A stretch of DNA of 64,000 nucleotides from Haliotis rubra. Taxonomy: Eukaryota. The translations under genes and the position numbers were made by a program. Under the pieces are notes generated by a model. That model ran no database searches and was not told the DNA's origin. It saw nothing but the letters and a program-made list of their open reading frames with translations. This document shows positions 1-13,200 of this stretch, one piece after another. The first letter of the stretch is position 1. Each line of letters opens with the position of its first letter. The stretch covers positions 1 through 64,000 of the forward strand of contig NW_025765753.1 of assembly GCF_003918875.1 (NCBI RefSeq), written 5' to 3'.

Positions 1-479
1 TGGAAATCCTCTTTATAGTAGCCAAATAGTGCCGGATCCCTTCCAGCTTCCTTTCCGATGAAGTTTAAGACCATAACCTCCGTTTTCATGACATTAAGGA
101 TGACACCACAATACCACAATTTTGATCGCGAAGGTGCTTCAACTTCCAACAGCATATGAAACTCATTAGCATAGGGTTCGTTCACTTCATGCTGGCCTTA
201 TCCTTTACACGCGCCATATATGGACTGCTTCAACTTCCTTCTTTCCTTCTCTTGCTTCTTCTTTATAGCCCACGCGATAAAGGGTGAGATTCATCCGCTT
301 TGAGGAACCGGGTTAATTGTTGTGCCAATAACAGCGATGCCCGAAAACGAATGTTTAGACGCCGTAGCAATGTTCTTGAAAGTGTTGCAAACATTGTCTT
401 CGACTTCATCAGTATTCTCCATTATTGTCGAGATGGAAGAAGTCATGCGTTGATTGCACGACTACGATTGAGTCGTGGA

Positions 480-2460
480 TAAGCTCAAGTCCGCCGTTGT
501 AGGCCCTTTAAGATGACGGCTCATCCATATTAGTTGATATTGTTAAAGGACGTGAGATCTTTGTAGGTGTCTCCAGATAGAGGGATGAAAGGCGCTTTGA
601 ATTTTCGCCTCCCTTCGCCTTGTAGAGATCTTTGTAGGTAGATTTTCAATGTTTCGACTGACATATGATAGATCCCGAGACTGCGGCTCAAGAACCGACG
701 GCGCTGGAACGTGAAATTCATTCCCGTCCGGCCGACCGGCAGCTGGTCTCTTTGCCAGAAACTTATCCAACCCAGATGCATGATGCCGCGATGCAATCAA
801 ACTGTATCTGCTCCCCAAAAGTCCAGAGCGCAAGTATTTCGGACATCCGCCGCCGCCAAGCAAATCAGAACAGAGAGTTTCTGCCGTGTCCCGTATGTCC
901 TTCTAGGTCCGTAGCCACCGCGAGATGCCGCATCACGCTGAGATCCCGCCATACTTCTAAACTTTGCCGTCTCCAACTTCAAAGCTTACGGTTTCGCACC
1001 CCGGCAATTTCTTGGCCGCCTACAGACCCTACGGCGATAACCGCGTTTATGCCGCTGAAAGTATGCGTAGAGTGTTGAACCTTTAATCAGCTTTAGTTTG
1101 TCTTAGATTATCAGTAGAGTCATTATTTCGAGATGTGTTAAAGTTATCGCAGTGAAGTCCTTTCTCTTCAACATACGCTTCCTTCAAAATCCTCTGGTAT
1201 CACATTTCAGGTACGGTCGTCGCATAAGCCGCGGTTGATCTATCGTGAGGGTTAGTAGATCACCGGTATGTCGCTGCCTGGCGAATATCCTCTTCTCTCA
1301 AAGTTTTGATATCGCCCATCGTTGATTTCCGCGTAGCCACATTGGTGTACCGACACGAATTAGGGTCGTCACCGCAGGTTGACTGCAAGTTTTGCGAATT
1401 TCGCTGCACGAATTTGCCGGTACCGCTTCGATTTTCGGCAACACCTCAAGCGTATTGCCGGAGGCGTTTAGTTTCACCGTCTCAGGAAGATGCTTAGAGC
1501 ATCTGCTACCATGCCAGGATTCCTGAACCGGAGACAAATGCAGTATTTCGGTTTGCCGATCATCGTAGACTTCCCAGAGTCCACCATAGATGGTTCGTGT
1601 CCGGCCCGGTGAAGTCCTGAAGCGAGTCCAGACTGCGCCCAGATGAGCTCACGCCCGTAGCGGGCCGCAGTTGTGCTTCAGCAAGTCATACCCAGCGCCG
1701 ATGCGAGAAATTATCAGGCGAATTTCGCCACAAGTAGTGGTAACTGGAGAAAGCTGAGATACGTTTGTTGAGCCTGACTCAACGCCTCTTCCGGGACCAT
1801 CATACGAGCCCGCGAGCGTGACGAAATGAGTCTTGAATAAATCGCAGAGAGTCTTCGTGTGTCGCAGTTCCTCGCATTGAAAGGGAGATTAGCCATTATC
1901 CGTTTATAGGTACCGATGAAGTTTGCCGATCGGGATGATGACCTGAATTTCAACGTCTGTAAAATGCGGCACTGCGAGATCTTCGATGTATATGTGACGA
2001 TTGCTATCACCGAGTAAACAATCAGGCGTCGACGATATGCCCAGATGGTAAGCACCTTCCATTGGCGACGCGAAGATGGAATCGCAGGTACTTCCTTTGT
2101 TCCTATGCCGACGCGAAGATAACGCGATCCGGTGATGATGTTACAGGTAGTCTTTATCGACGCACAGTTGCTCCAGTTGAAGATGCAGTCATTCTGAACT
2201 TCGGCGACTAATGCAGATACCTGCTGAATTCCCATGTTGGTACATGTCGAACTTTCCTGTTCTTCGGTACCAAGAAGATTGGGGAGAAAACCGCGACAAA
2301 GCCCTGTTTATTTCTTTTCGACGCCTTCTTCGCGGATACATGCTGAAATTTCCACTGCAAGAGAATAAAATAGAAGCTGTTGTCAACGGTGTAGCAACAG
2401 CCAGAAGTCTTTTGTTCTCTGCAGAACGGGACGAAGTCGCCCCAGCACTTCACTCTTCCA
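480..2460 (-). mobile_element. Garbled mirror image of DIRS pol (RT/RNase H) and tyrosine recombinase lying beyond position 64000
   Basis: Minus-strand remnants in DIRS order: FSPIFLVPK (~2265-2290), RKYLRF and QWKVL (~2050-2095), MVADALS (~1494-1514), (CPVR)TLKIYLQRS (~625-665), WMSRHLK (~507-528). Confidence 0.7.
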
Positions 2461-4489
2461 GCAAGCAGACGTTCAATTACTGCCGAAGCCAGAAGGGAAC
2501 GCCGGGAGCGACCCGAAGCTCAACCATATCCTTCAGCGCTGACAGTTCCTGGCCTTGTTTCGCCCGGGTTACCTTCTGTGGAGCTCTGCCAGTTTACCTG
2601 GGGTGAATTCCTGCCTTCCGGATGTTTTACTTTTTCAATGGTTTCTGTGGTCTCGGCAACTTCTAATTCGCCGAAGTTATGACGCTCGACGGATAACACT
2701 GACTAGTGTATCGAGCGGACTTCTGGATCATCGTTTGCCTCTCGGACTCTTTTCACGCCTTCAGATGATGCTGACCACGGAGTCGGCGTTGACTTGCGAG
2801 CATTACCCAACTGCTGGTGAGATTGTCGCACGACGGTGCAGATCAATTTATCTTTCAGAAAGTCGTTTCTACACGACAGGGTTTCATTACGGCTCTTTAT
2901 CGCTGGCACTGAAAGGAAGGCACGCCGGTAGTTGCGTCTTATACCAACTTTATCTCCGACAGAGTCGCCACGATCTGTAGTTCTCACCATTTATGAAGCT
3001 CATGGCAGCCCAGAACTTCGCTGAATGGTGATACTTTTGACCGAATTGCTGTCTTCCAGAAGGTTGCGCGAGGTTCTTCAGTTGTTATCGATGGGCGGCG
3101 GCGGCACGCCCCTGCCGAATATGGCGATGCAATGCTTCATTATCTTCTATGCGATGCAAGTTCTGGTTCATTTGCGCCATCCGCTGATTTGACCAGCACG
3201 AGTGTCGATTCCACCATTACCAGATTTAGAGGCTTGTTCTCAAGATGGTTGTTATTGTGTTCTCTTCTCCCGCACAAGATCTCATGCGAGTGTTCGGATT
3301 CGGCACGGCACCCCAAAGATATGTTTAATTTGACCGATAGCACTTTCCTCGGAGTTTTCGACGTTCTGCCTCTAGCGTGGTGATTCTCCAGTGAAATGTT
3401 CGATTTGCCGTCCGGTGACTGAAGAGGAGGATAATATGCCTGAAGTGAACGTTCGGTTCTGGCTCCAGCGCCGCAGATTCATCGCTGTCTGACAGCCGTA
3501 CCCACAGCCATTATTCTAGCCAGTCCGGAATATACGAAATGCATAGCGCATTTAAACAGTTATCATTAATCATTCATACGACTCAAAAGTTCTTCCTAAC
3601 TGTCCTCGCATGTTCTAAGAATGGAACACAAAATATTGATAAATTAAATCAGATAATGTTTATCGTTGGTCAGCTTGTTCCAGCAACAACGGTGCTAGCA
3701 ATTAGATAATAAATGGAACAGTACCACAACCGCATTTAATGCGTTGATCAGTTACAAACAAGATAAAATCAAAGTCAATCAACGAATGGGTAAAATAGAT
3801 AATACGGTACTTCAAACAGACAATACATCGAACGAATGTCGATAAAGCCACTTTAGTGAAGGTGCTGCCCAACATGATTACACCATAGCAGGGGATCGCT
3901 TATAAACGCCTTCAGGGCTGGGTTAGAAGGCGATGAAACATGGGGTCGAGCGCAGATTCGAGCTTCCTCGCCAAAACAGTTAAAGGAGATAATATGAGCG
4001 ATTATCCGCTTTTTGAAGCTATCGCATGATCCATGTTCCGACTATCTTCGCTAGTTAGCGCGATATCAAAGCACCAAGCATTTGAAACAGATAAGCGAAA
4101 ATATATGTAACCAACGCAGAAACATTTATGACAATTTAAAAACATTTCAATAAATGCATGCATTTCCGAAGTTTCGTTGCATGAAAATAATGAAATCCTC
4201 GTCACTAAAGAAATTTATTTATTTTCAAATTCATATATCTTTCACCAGTCACCTTCACAACTGTAGTGAACTATACTAAAAGACAGAACAGATGCTGAAG
4301 CCTTCAACCAGTATTATCATCACCTAATCCAGCAAAACAGCTATTTTAAGTGCAAATGCATCATAACAATTGCTCAAATAAACAATCTTTCCTCAAATTT
4401 CGACAATACCAACCTCTCATCCTTCCAAAGATTCAACAAAATCCTCACCGTCATCATCTCCATCAGCAAAGTTGAGCGACAGTATTATT

Positions 4490-7400
4490 CGCGTTCGCGT
4501 ACAGCATAAGTCCTTCATTATGCTCTACCGCTACCGTCGCGTCCCGGCCCGCAGTTTCAGGTCTTCACCTGTCTCCTGCAAAATACGTCGCCTCCAGGTT
4601 CTTTAATTAGGTCATTGCGCCCGGACAGTCTTCTTCCGGAACCGTGACCAATCATCAATAGTAATGGAAGTCGAGCACGGTGCCACCCGATCCGGAACAT
4701 TTAGCTATTTAGTCGCACACACCATTCATGATGTAAATGTTTGGTAACGTAGTATTTGTCAAATCGCTGTATGCTTTATTTGAAGTTTCGATTACGTAAA
4801 CCGATCTGGTTTGACAGGTCGCCGTAAAGCTTTTTTTTCCGTTCGAAAAGTAATAAAGCGATTATTGGCATAATGATACCTCCTGAGCCTGGCTAATAGG
4901 TGAATGTCTCTTTCAGACAGATTTTCTTCTTCCTCAAACTCCTGGATAGAAGCCCACGACTGACTTTCGCATAAGCACCGAAACATTGTCATTGTCATCA
5001 ACGCGAAGTTTTAAAGAAAAAGTCTCATCATGTCGCGCCAATTTCCGAAACATCATCGCTCAACGACAGATACGGATTAAGTCAATCGTTACCATCCGGT
5101 TCCAGTCAATAACAGAACCACACTGCAATATATCGACAGTTTCAGATCGCCGCAAAACCGTTAAAGCTTCAACCGTCAACACCCTTTCCTTCACGTTCGC
5201 AGATCGACGAACGCTTCATTCCTTACCCGAAATATTTTCTGTCAGTCTCCGGTTCATTAGCGATGTTCTTACATCTACGGTTTAGTTCAAGGTGTCAACG
5301 CTTCGCAATGAACAAACCAGTCCAACAAGCACATGTACGCTTCACTTTATGCATCATCATCGAACAACAGCTCCAAAGAACAAATCAAATGCGAAAGTGA
5401 AAGCGAGCGTTTACACCGCTTTCAGTTGGGTATTCAATATCGATGAGACCAGCTTCATCATTGTACCAATAGGGAATGAGCAGCCTGGGCTTTCTGTCAC
5501 CAGTAGCCATTCTCAACGTCTTCAACCAAATGTAATCGTTGATTAATAAACACGGCTCAATAAAGGAATATCAAATGTTCTCGATATTGCGTATGGATTT
5601 ACTGTTTTTGTCAATATTCAGGGGACACCAGAAATGGATCAATATCAGTGTTCATGAGTAAGAACACTTCGACTGGTTCGACACCCCGTCCTGTTTCGAA
5701 TACCTGAAACCCTTATCATACCACCATATACCATCTCTGCCGCATCGAATTCCTGCCCGCATCTGCCTATCTGTCGTTACCGATACCGCGGTTCGTAAAC
5801 GTCTTCTGATCAGCGTTTTACACTGTGGATACCAGTAATATCGGTGCGTCCAATACCGAATAACGAAGATTGGAACGCGACTTCAATCTTATCAGCTGCT
5901 CCATCGATGCCTTTCTCATAACGTAATCATCGGTTCGAACACTTCGTTAACAACATTTTTCGTTTTGTTCGTTACATTGTCATGCTCTATTTCAGTCATG
6001 ATTGAATTTTATTCTGAAGCGATTCGTTGATTATTTTCGCTTTATACCAGTCGGGTTTCAAAGATGAAGTAAAAATAATTCAAAGAATTACAGCTCCTTA
6101 TATGCGCATTAACAGTTAACGACGCAACCAATTTTTTCGATGATCGATCGGTTATAACAATCATAATCATGAGATTTTCACCTTCAACGACTAATGAATA
6201 CTGCATCAATACGAACTTGTTAACTCATCTAAAAATCCAGATGCGCCGCCGAAATAATCAGTCTCAATACATCTCAATGCTGTTTTCAGCATGAAATTAG
6301 TCTTCGACAGATGTTCACGTTCACTTCGCGCTAATAACAATACCGTGTTCAAGACAAGCTGTGTACCGTCGTTAAAGAGGCTGGGGAGCAGGCATAACGA
6401 TAGATGTCTGGTTCGACGGCAGTCTGCAGGAGTGCTGTCAGCTGTTTCTCGCAAACAAAAGCCCTCAACACCGACTAAGCCGGTTTCAAACAAGCCGCTT
6501 CGTTAACCAGCACTAAAGATTACTATTCACGACAAAATACCAGCGCATATTGTTTTCGTCATATCTCCATGATATAGTTCCTTTAACTGCTATCTGCCTG
6601 TCAACGATTTGTTGAAATGAATAAAGTTTCAGAAATGATGCGTTGGCCATGTATCAAGTCCATTTAGATACCGGCGGTTAAAGCCAGTTCTGTGGTTTTC
6701 ACAGACTAATAACAGAGATATGCCGATTTATTAACAAGAGAGCCAACTAATAATGGGTCATAAGCAGTTTTATCGCGTTGGCAGGCTATCAAATAACAAT
6801 GACCTGTTATCGTTCGTAAACATACAGACTCTGCCGATGTTACCTTGTTAATATCACAACCCCTAAAGTTGAAAACTTTCATTTCAGCGTCTTCTTCAAA
6901 GACAACTAAAAAATGGAGGATCTGCCACGCGCAGTGGCGAATTCGACGTTGGCGTTCTAAAAGAGTTCTCAATACCGAATTTGCCGTTGTTGCCAGAACC
7001 GAATAAAGACAGCAAATGTCGGTCGATATTTTATTCGCTATGTTTTCCGAGGATCAACGAATATTACCAATAGCTTCCGAAGTTCACCGACTGCTCACGT
7101 CGTTCGCCATAAAGTTAACGTCGATTGCAGGTAACAATACGGCAACATTACCAAACCCTCACAGCTGGAGGCGCAGAACATCAGAAACCAATATCTTCAT
7201 TGTTATGCCGCACTGATTCCTCCCAACATCATCATTGCAAACATAAATTTCATATTCTCATCATATCAGGTCTAAGCACCATTTTGAAGTCGCGTCACCA
7301 GACTCCTCACCGCACCCAATGGCAACAGTTCGATTCGGAGATCACAATGGAACATCAACACGTTATTTCGTCAGTACAATTTCGAGCTTCTTCCCCTTCT

Positions 7401-10200
7401 GGTCGCAGCTTCGATGCGGACGTCATTAAGAGAAGAATGAGCGGGAGTTTACCAGACAGAACATGGTCAGACCGTGCCACAAATCAGGATGAAGTACCTG
7501 TTCATTAAGTTAACGGCGATGACCCGCCTTCAATTAAACACCGCAAATTTCAATGATCATAATCGGCTGGCGAGTTCGTCCGTCAGCATCGGTGCCGTCA
7601 TGCTGCCCACGAAGCGCTTCATAAATCATTAAGATTGGGAAATAACGGTAATTACCGGCAAATAGCGTCGACAAACATTTCGCCCCGATACCTTCCGTTC
7701 GAAGGTCGCGACGCAACATAATTAATATGTCGGTCAACATTCGGCAGCCGTGACATGAACACTGACTGGCCGTCGGGCGAGCTCACCGGAGACGAACAGA
7801 AAAATGCTTCGACCGATATCATTACATTGATCCACGTAGCCAGGCGCACGACCATCAGAAATCACCAAAGCTTCGACCAATTCGTCCATTCCGGGTCATC
7901 ACTTCACTCCACCAGCTAACTATTCTTACCCCAACTTCATCAAAGCCGAGTTGTATGAAACAATCATTGACGTAAAGATCATCAGCGTATGCAGCAGTCT
8001 GACGCCGAAAGTTCACGCCCAAGACAGCATACCAATCTCATCTATAAATCAACATCCTTCAGTTCGAACACAGAACTTCGAGTAAGAAATGACGACACGG
8101 AATATCAAAGACTGATCCCCTCATTAACGGTTGCATCCGAGCAAGCCGCCAGGGAGAGCACAGTTTCAAAACGACTGTTTCTAACCGGCCAGAAGTCGCA
8201 GTACAAAGACGCCGATCCAGCATCACCACAAAGCGCAACCGGGCATCAAACCGACTCTCGTGTATCGGGCGGTCTGTCTGGCCACGGTTCTTTCGCCGTC
8301 TTCAGAGAAGGCTTTATGACTTCTGACGATCTCAACAGGTCAAACAGCTCATCAGTTCTGGTGAGATCGTTCTATAGTCCCATTCCCAGAAGCAGGATGA
8401 ATACGGTGTCGACAAATCAAATGCTCTCATCATCTCCAATCGATACCGATTCGTTCTTTTCAATCCGCTCGACAGAGTCGCTATCGCAGTCAAAGCCCAT
8501 TTTTCCAAGAGCAGGGCATGCCTGCCGTTCAGATCTGGTCCTCATCAACTGTTAACGTACGATTAGCGACATAAGTTAATGAAACTATTTCCAGCCTCAA
8601 CGACCCCACAGCGTATTGATATCATCATTACCGAATTGAGGTTGATTCGCAGCAATACGGTTCGGGATGACTCAGCCAGCGGGTTATCTTCCGGTCGCCG
8701 CGATTCACCATTGTGCTGTCGCCCAGCCAGATATTCGCAAATATGACAATATTTCCACTATCGTTGCGCATAGATTAATACTGACACCTGCATATCAGAA
8801 GATGAAGAAACATTCGCAGCCACATCATTTGATAATAAATGCGCTGAATGCCTTTTGCCGATTATCACGCAGCATTATCATATCCATGATATGGTTGTAT
8901 CATTATGATGCCATCAGTTAACTCACCACCACGTCACGATCATCAATGGCATATTTATTCTGCATGCTTTTTCGAAGATTTCAGCAACAAATGAAGCCCA
9001 AGTTTTGAAAGCGACGAAGTTCTCCGGAATTCAATATCCTTCATTTCTAGATCGGCCGACGGTGAAGAGTTCACGGTATCGTCAGCCTTCTTACGGAGGT
9101 GACGTCGTTACCATTCGTCATATAACCGAGTGAATTATTAGTTTTTCGTTAATCAGCAATATTCATAGCAGTTCGGTCAATCGAACGGACCGAACAATAG
9201 CATGTTAATGATTCGCGCCATTAACCCATTTATCAATAGACGTCAATCAGTCAAGCTTTGTCGATCAATTTGTCTCGTTAGTCTTCAAAACAGTTACGGT
9301 CACCGAAGGCTCATTCGACTTCGTCCCCGTCAAGATAAGACTCGACATATACATTGAGCCGATGCATTATAATTACGCACTTAAAATCCCAATAAATTCA
9401 AAAGACCAAGATGACGTAATGATCGCCGCAATTTCGAAGTGACCCGCAGCGACACGGTAGACATCCAGCCGCTGGTAATGCGTGAAACAATACGGTTCCG
9501 GCTGCTTAGTTCGTAAAAAGCCGACTTCAGATCGTCACTCTTTCATTCCATCATTATCGCATACTCCCCGTTCTTTCCGTTTATCAACAGTCCGAACAGA
9601 TAAAGGCGTTGTTATTCAGCCGAGATAATGAATATTATTTGTGTTGTCGCTGACACCGAAGTCACATCAAAGGCACGACATAAAATATCAACACTTCTTA
9701 AAAATATAGATCAAAATATTGTCAATTTTAAATGCCTTCATCTCAGCCATGAATCATTGACGACACGATGTCAATTAATTATTATTTCGAAATATAGTGC
9801 CATCATGCTCCATGCCTGCGGATATGGAAGCAAATCCGACCCCTCAGTTACCATCATAGCGCGAGATTGTATAAAATCATCGTTAATATTAAATTCCATG
9901 TCGCGAGAAAAACACTTATCGTTCATCAGGCACCAACTGACCGCATCAGCTCAGTACGTTCAACACGCTCATGCAAGAGTTCAATAGCACGCCTGTTGAA
10001 ATAAAGTTTATAAGAGTCACGCCGTTAAAATTAATGTTCGTCGCTCATCGACTGATCGACGTCCGAAAACACAACTAAAACGTTCATAAACGACGAAATG
10101 TTGCAGCGAATTCAAAAATCAATTTTGCCGATAATGAGTCGACGAACCGCGTCCTCGAATGCTCGATTCCTTCGCCTTCAAAGAGTATTTTGTCATGGCC
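4490..10200 (-). other. Garbled mirror of the KIF11 exon 1-12 region (not a real paralogue or pseudogene)
   Basis: ~4500-4600 matches exon 12 (e.g. caggtcttcacctgtctcctgca); ~10170-10280 matches the promoter/ATG region; introns and exons are equally corrupted. Confidence 0.85.
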
Positions 10201-13200
10201 TGTTTTCGAGCTATATCGTTCGTTCGAATGACTACTTTAGCGTCAATTCAGATGAATATAACCAAAATGCCTGCGAAGCTAATCGATTTATCATATTTCA
10301 AAATCGATTAAAAGGGGAGTAACTCAAACCGGTGAATGAAAGCCGTGGTAGTGTCTTTCAACCGAACATGAATAAATATTGTCTTGTTCCGCTTTAAATA
10401 ACATATTTCATTAATATCTTTCATAAGGCAAAACAAGAGTAACAGCGCAGCATTCGACGAAAGAAACATGTCATTAATGTGGAGACGTATTGCGTAAATC
10501 ACCCTCGATTTGCAACCGAGAGCGAGATTGATCGTTATCACATTCGCCCTATACGTACCGGGGATGTGGTAACATTTAACAACATGCGCATATTGAAAAG
10601 AAAGACGATAGTGCCGCTAACGCATTAAAGATGCATCACCGAAAGACGTTATTGTTATAGATTTATCGATCGGTCAGTTCCCCGCGCATGCGCGAAGCGA
10701 AATCACGCAGCGGCAACATAATAAAGTTCGTCACTGACATTTGTTCACGTTTCGTTTCGGTCATAATTAAATTCAAAAACGGAAGTTTCGATTGTTTCGA
10801 AGAATATGAACCACCATACCAACCATGTTGCTTTTGCCGAAAGATGTTGCCGTCCATGAGTCTTCACGGGTTATTCCTCATCAAATCAATTATCCTTTAA
10901 TTGTGTTCCTCTCGAACATAAAATACTGACGATATATAAAGTTATCAAATCTTCGATAAACAGCAGAAGAAAGAAACAGCCATACGGTTTTCATTGTGCC
11001 GACAAGCAGAAAAGGCGCGCGTGAACCGCGCCGCGTTTCCGGAGAAGTGGCGTTACTTTCGGAGAGCAGTGGCGCATTTCCGGGAAGGCGTACACCCGTT
11101 AGCGGTCATTTATCGGGCCAAACGGGGCAAAAGTCGCGAGCGTGCCCCGATATCCTCAATGAAAGTTATTGCGAAGTTTTGCAGGAGCCATAACATCTGT
11201 GAAACCCGGAAGATGATTTGAACCGTCAGTAAGAAAGGCCCGACTACCAGGTTACTCACGAAAGGCGACGTTAATTACGCCGCAGAAAGCGCAGGACGAA
11301 TATTAGAACAACATCTGTCTTCCGAATGAACCAAAGAAAACGCAAGTCTTAGTCATCAATCATAAAATGCATGAAAGAATATCATTCAGAACTTCGTAAT
11401 TCAGACTTCCGTCAATATATAGACCGCTTCGATATGAGCCAATACAGCCGGCTTATCGACCATAACATCACGGAATAACATACATTTAACGTTAAAGGTG
11501 CCGACGATAAACAGTAAACGTCCTCCTCAGTGTCTGCGTCCGGCGATAGCCGCCTTTCGAGCGAAAGCGTCGTCGCCATCCCGTGTTATACGGCGGCGGT
11601 TCGTAACAATGAGTTCGAGAATTGTTATCAACAACAGAGCGATAACCGGGGACAACATTTATCAGCGTGTCAACATGTCAACGACGTTAGTCGCCCTTTA
11701 CGGGTGAAATATTCACTCCTATCCGACCGTCGAGTCACCCGAAAAGTAACAGCGACGCATTTGAAAACATGACGGCAAGAAATCACCGCGTGATATTGCC
11801 AAAACGGCGCAAAAATCGACAAAGTTAAACAGCTCTTTCATGCTGCAATTCACGTATACCAGACATTCCCATCCGGAATCATACGGCCTGTTCAGCAGCC
11901 GTATTGGCGCCGAGCTCATTGACGTATAGTACCTATTCAGAGACAAGTCTTGATCCTGTGTATATCGCTTTCCAGATAAAGGGAACAAAAGCACATCAGC
12001 GACGCCCTGCCAGAGGATATTTCGGAGAAATTATCACTAAACTATGCCATCATTACCTGTAGCACCTGCGTCTTCAGCATGAAGCATGTTTAAAATACCG
12101 AACAACGCGTCGATGACGTGGAGTGTTGTAATTAATGCCAAAGTTCAGACGTACCAATCAGCCAATAAGTGAGTCCATACCAATACAAACCAGGCAATGG
12201 GCCTCTATGCCAGTCATTGCTGTACGCAGCTCGACCTTGGGGAGACTTCCAGAATTACACCAGACAGCGAAGATTCGCGATAGCTTTAACATGGCACATG
12301 TTCGCTTGAGCAGGTTCATTGATACAAACAAGTTCGAGAACATCAACCGCCCGGTTTCATTGTAGCATATGTCATCGCGCCATACGGTTCAGAAAGCATG
12401 AACAGCAGTCCTTTCGCGAAAGGACAGCGTGACTGGCTGCGGAAGTGGCAGGCAAAACAGTCAAGCCGACATTGTTCTTCCTTCATTCATGCACTAAAGT
12501 AAAATAACGTTATAATTCCTCGCATGTGGGGACTGTTGGCGGTTTCAACGATTATCGCGGTGAAACCAAGCCGTACGATTAAGTGAATCACGCACCAGTA
12601 ATCCATGTGAAAGCGACAGCAGTGGGTTCGAAATCCGAAACTGGCGCGCCAGCTCACGGTAAAAACTGTCAGATAGAATTCGAATCATGACAGCACAGTT
12701 CTCCAGCCTTATTTTCTCTCGCCTCAAAGTCAAACGCAATACCAGGTTCCAGCAATTTTGAAGAGCCTCATTCACGATTCGCTCAGTTAATTAAAGTTGG
12801 TTGTTTCTATCACCAGATCTTCGAGACTCCGCCGTTAAATGCGCTCCAGACCGGTGCAGATAACGCATAGTTTATTAACATTTCGAAAATGGTTATTAAT
12901 AGCGGGCACGGGCCTTTGTAAAATGCAGCAGTTTGTTCAATAGCTAATACGTTCGGGTGATAAGCACCAATACCAAGAGACGCCAAAGATAAGGTGTCTT
13001 ATGTCGTTCGTTCAATGGGTCAGCCGTAATGTGTTTAGCAGTTCAGTAGTTGCTTTAGAAAACATGAGTAAAATACTTGAAGCTTCGAGCAATATACTGT
13101 TACTTCACTGTAGATACCGCCATTTAGAGCCCTCAGTGCCAGAGCCAAATCACGTTCACGAACGCGAGTTATCAAGACAGATGAGCTGGCCTGGTTGACA

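Noticed and set aside
4490-10200. A second KIF11 copy or pseudogene from an ancient inverted duplication
   Set aside because: Exons, introns and young transposons are degraded equally by dense indels, which fits the fold-back artefact better than evolution.
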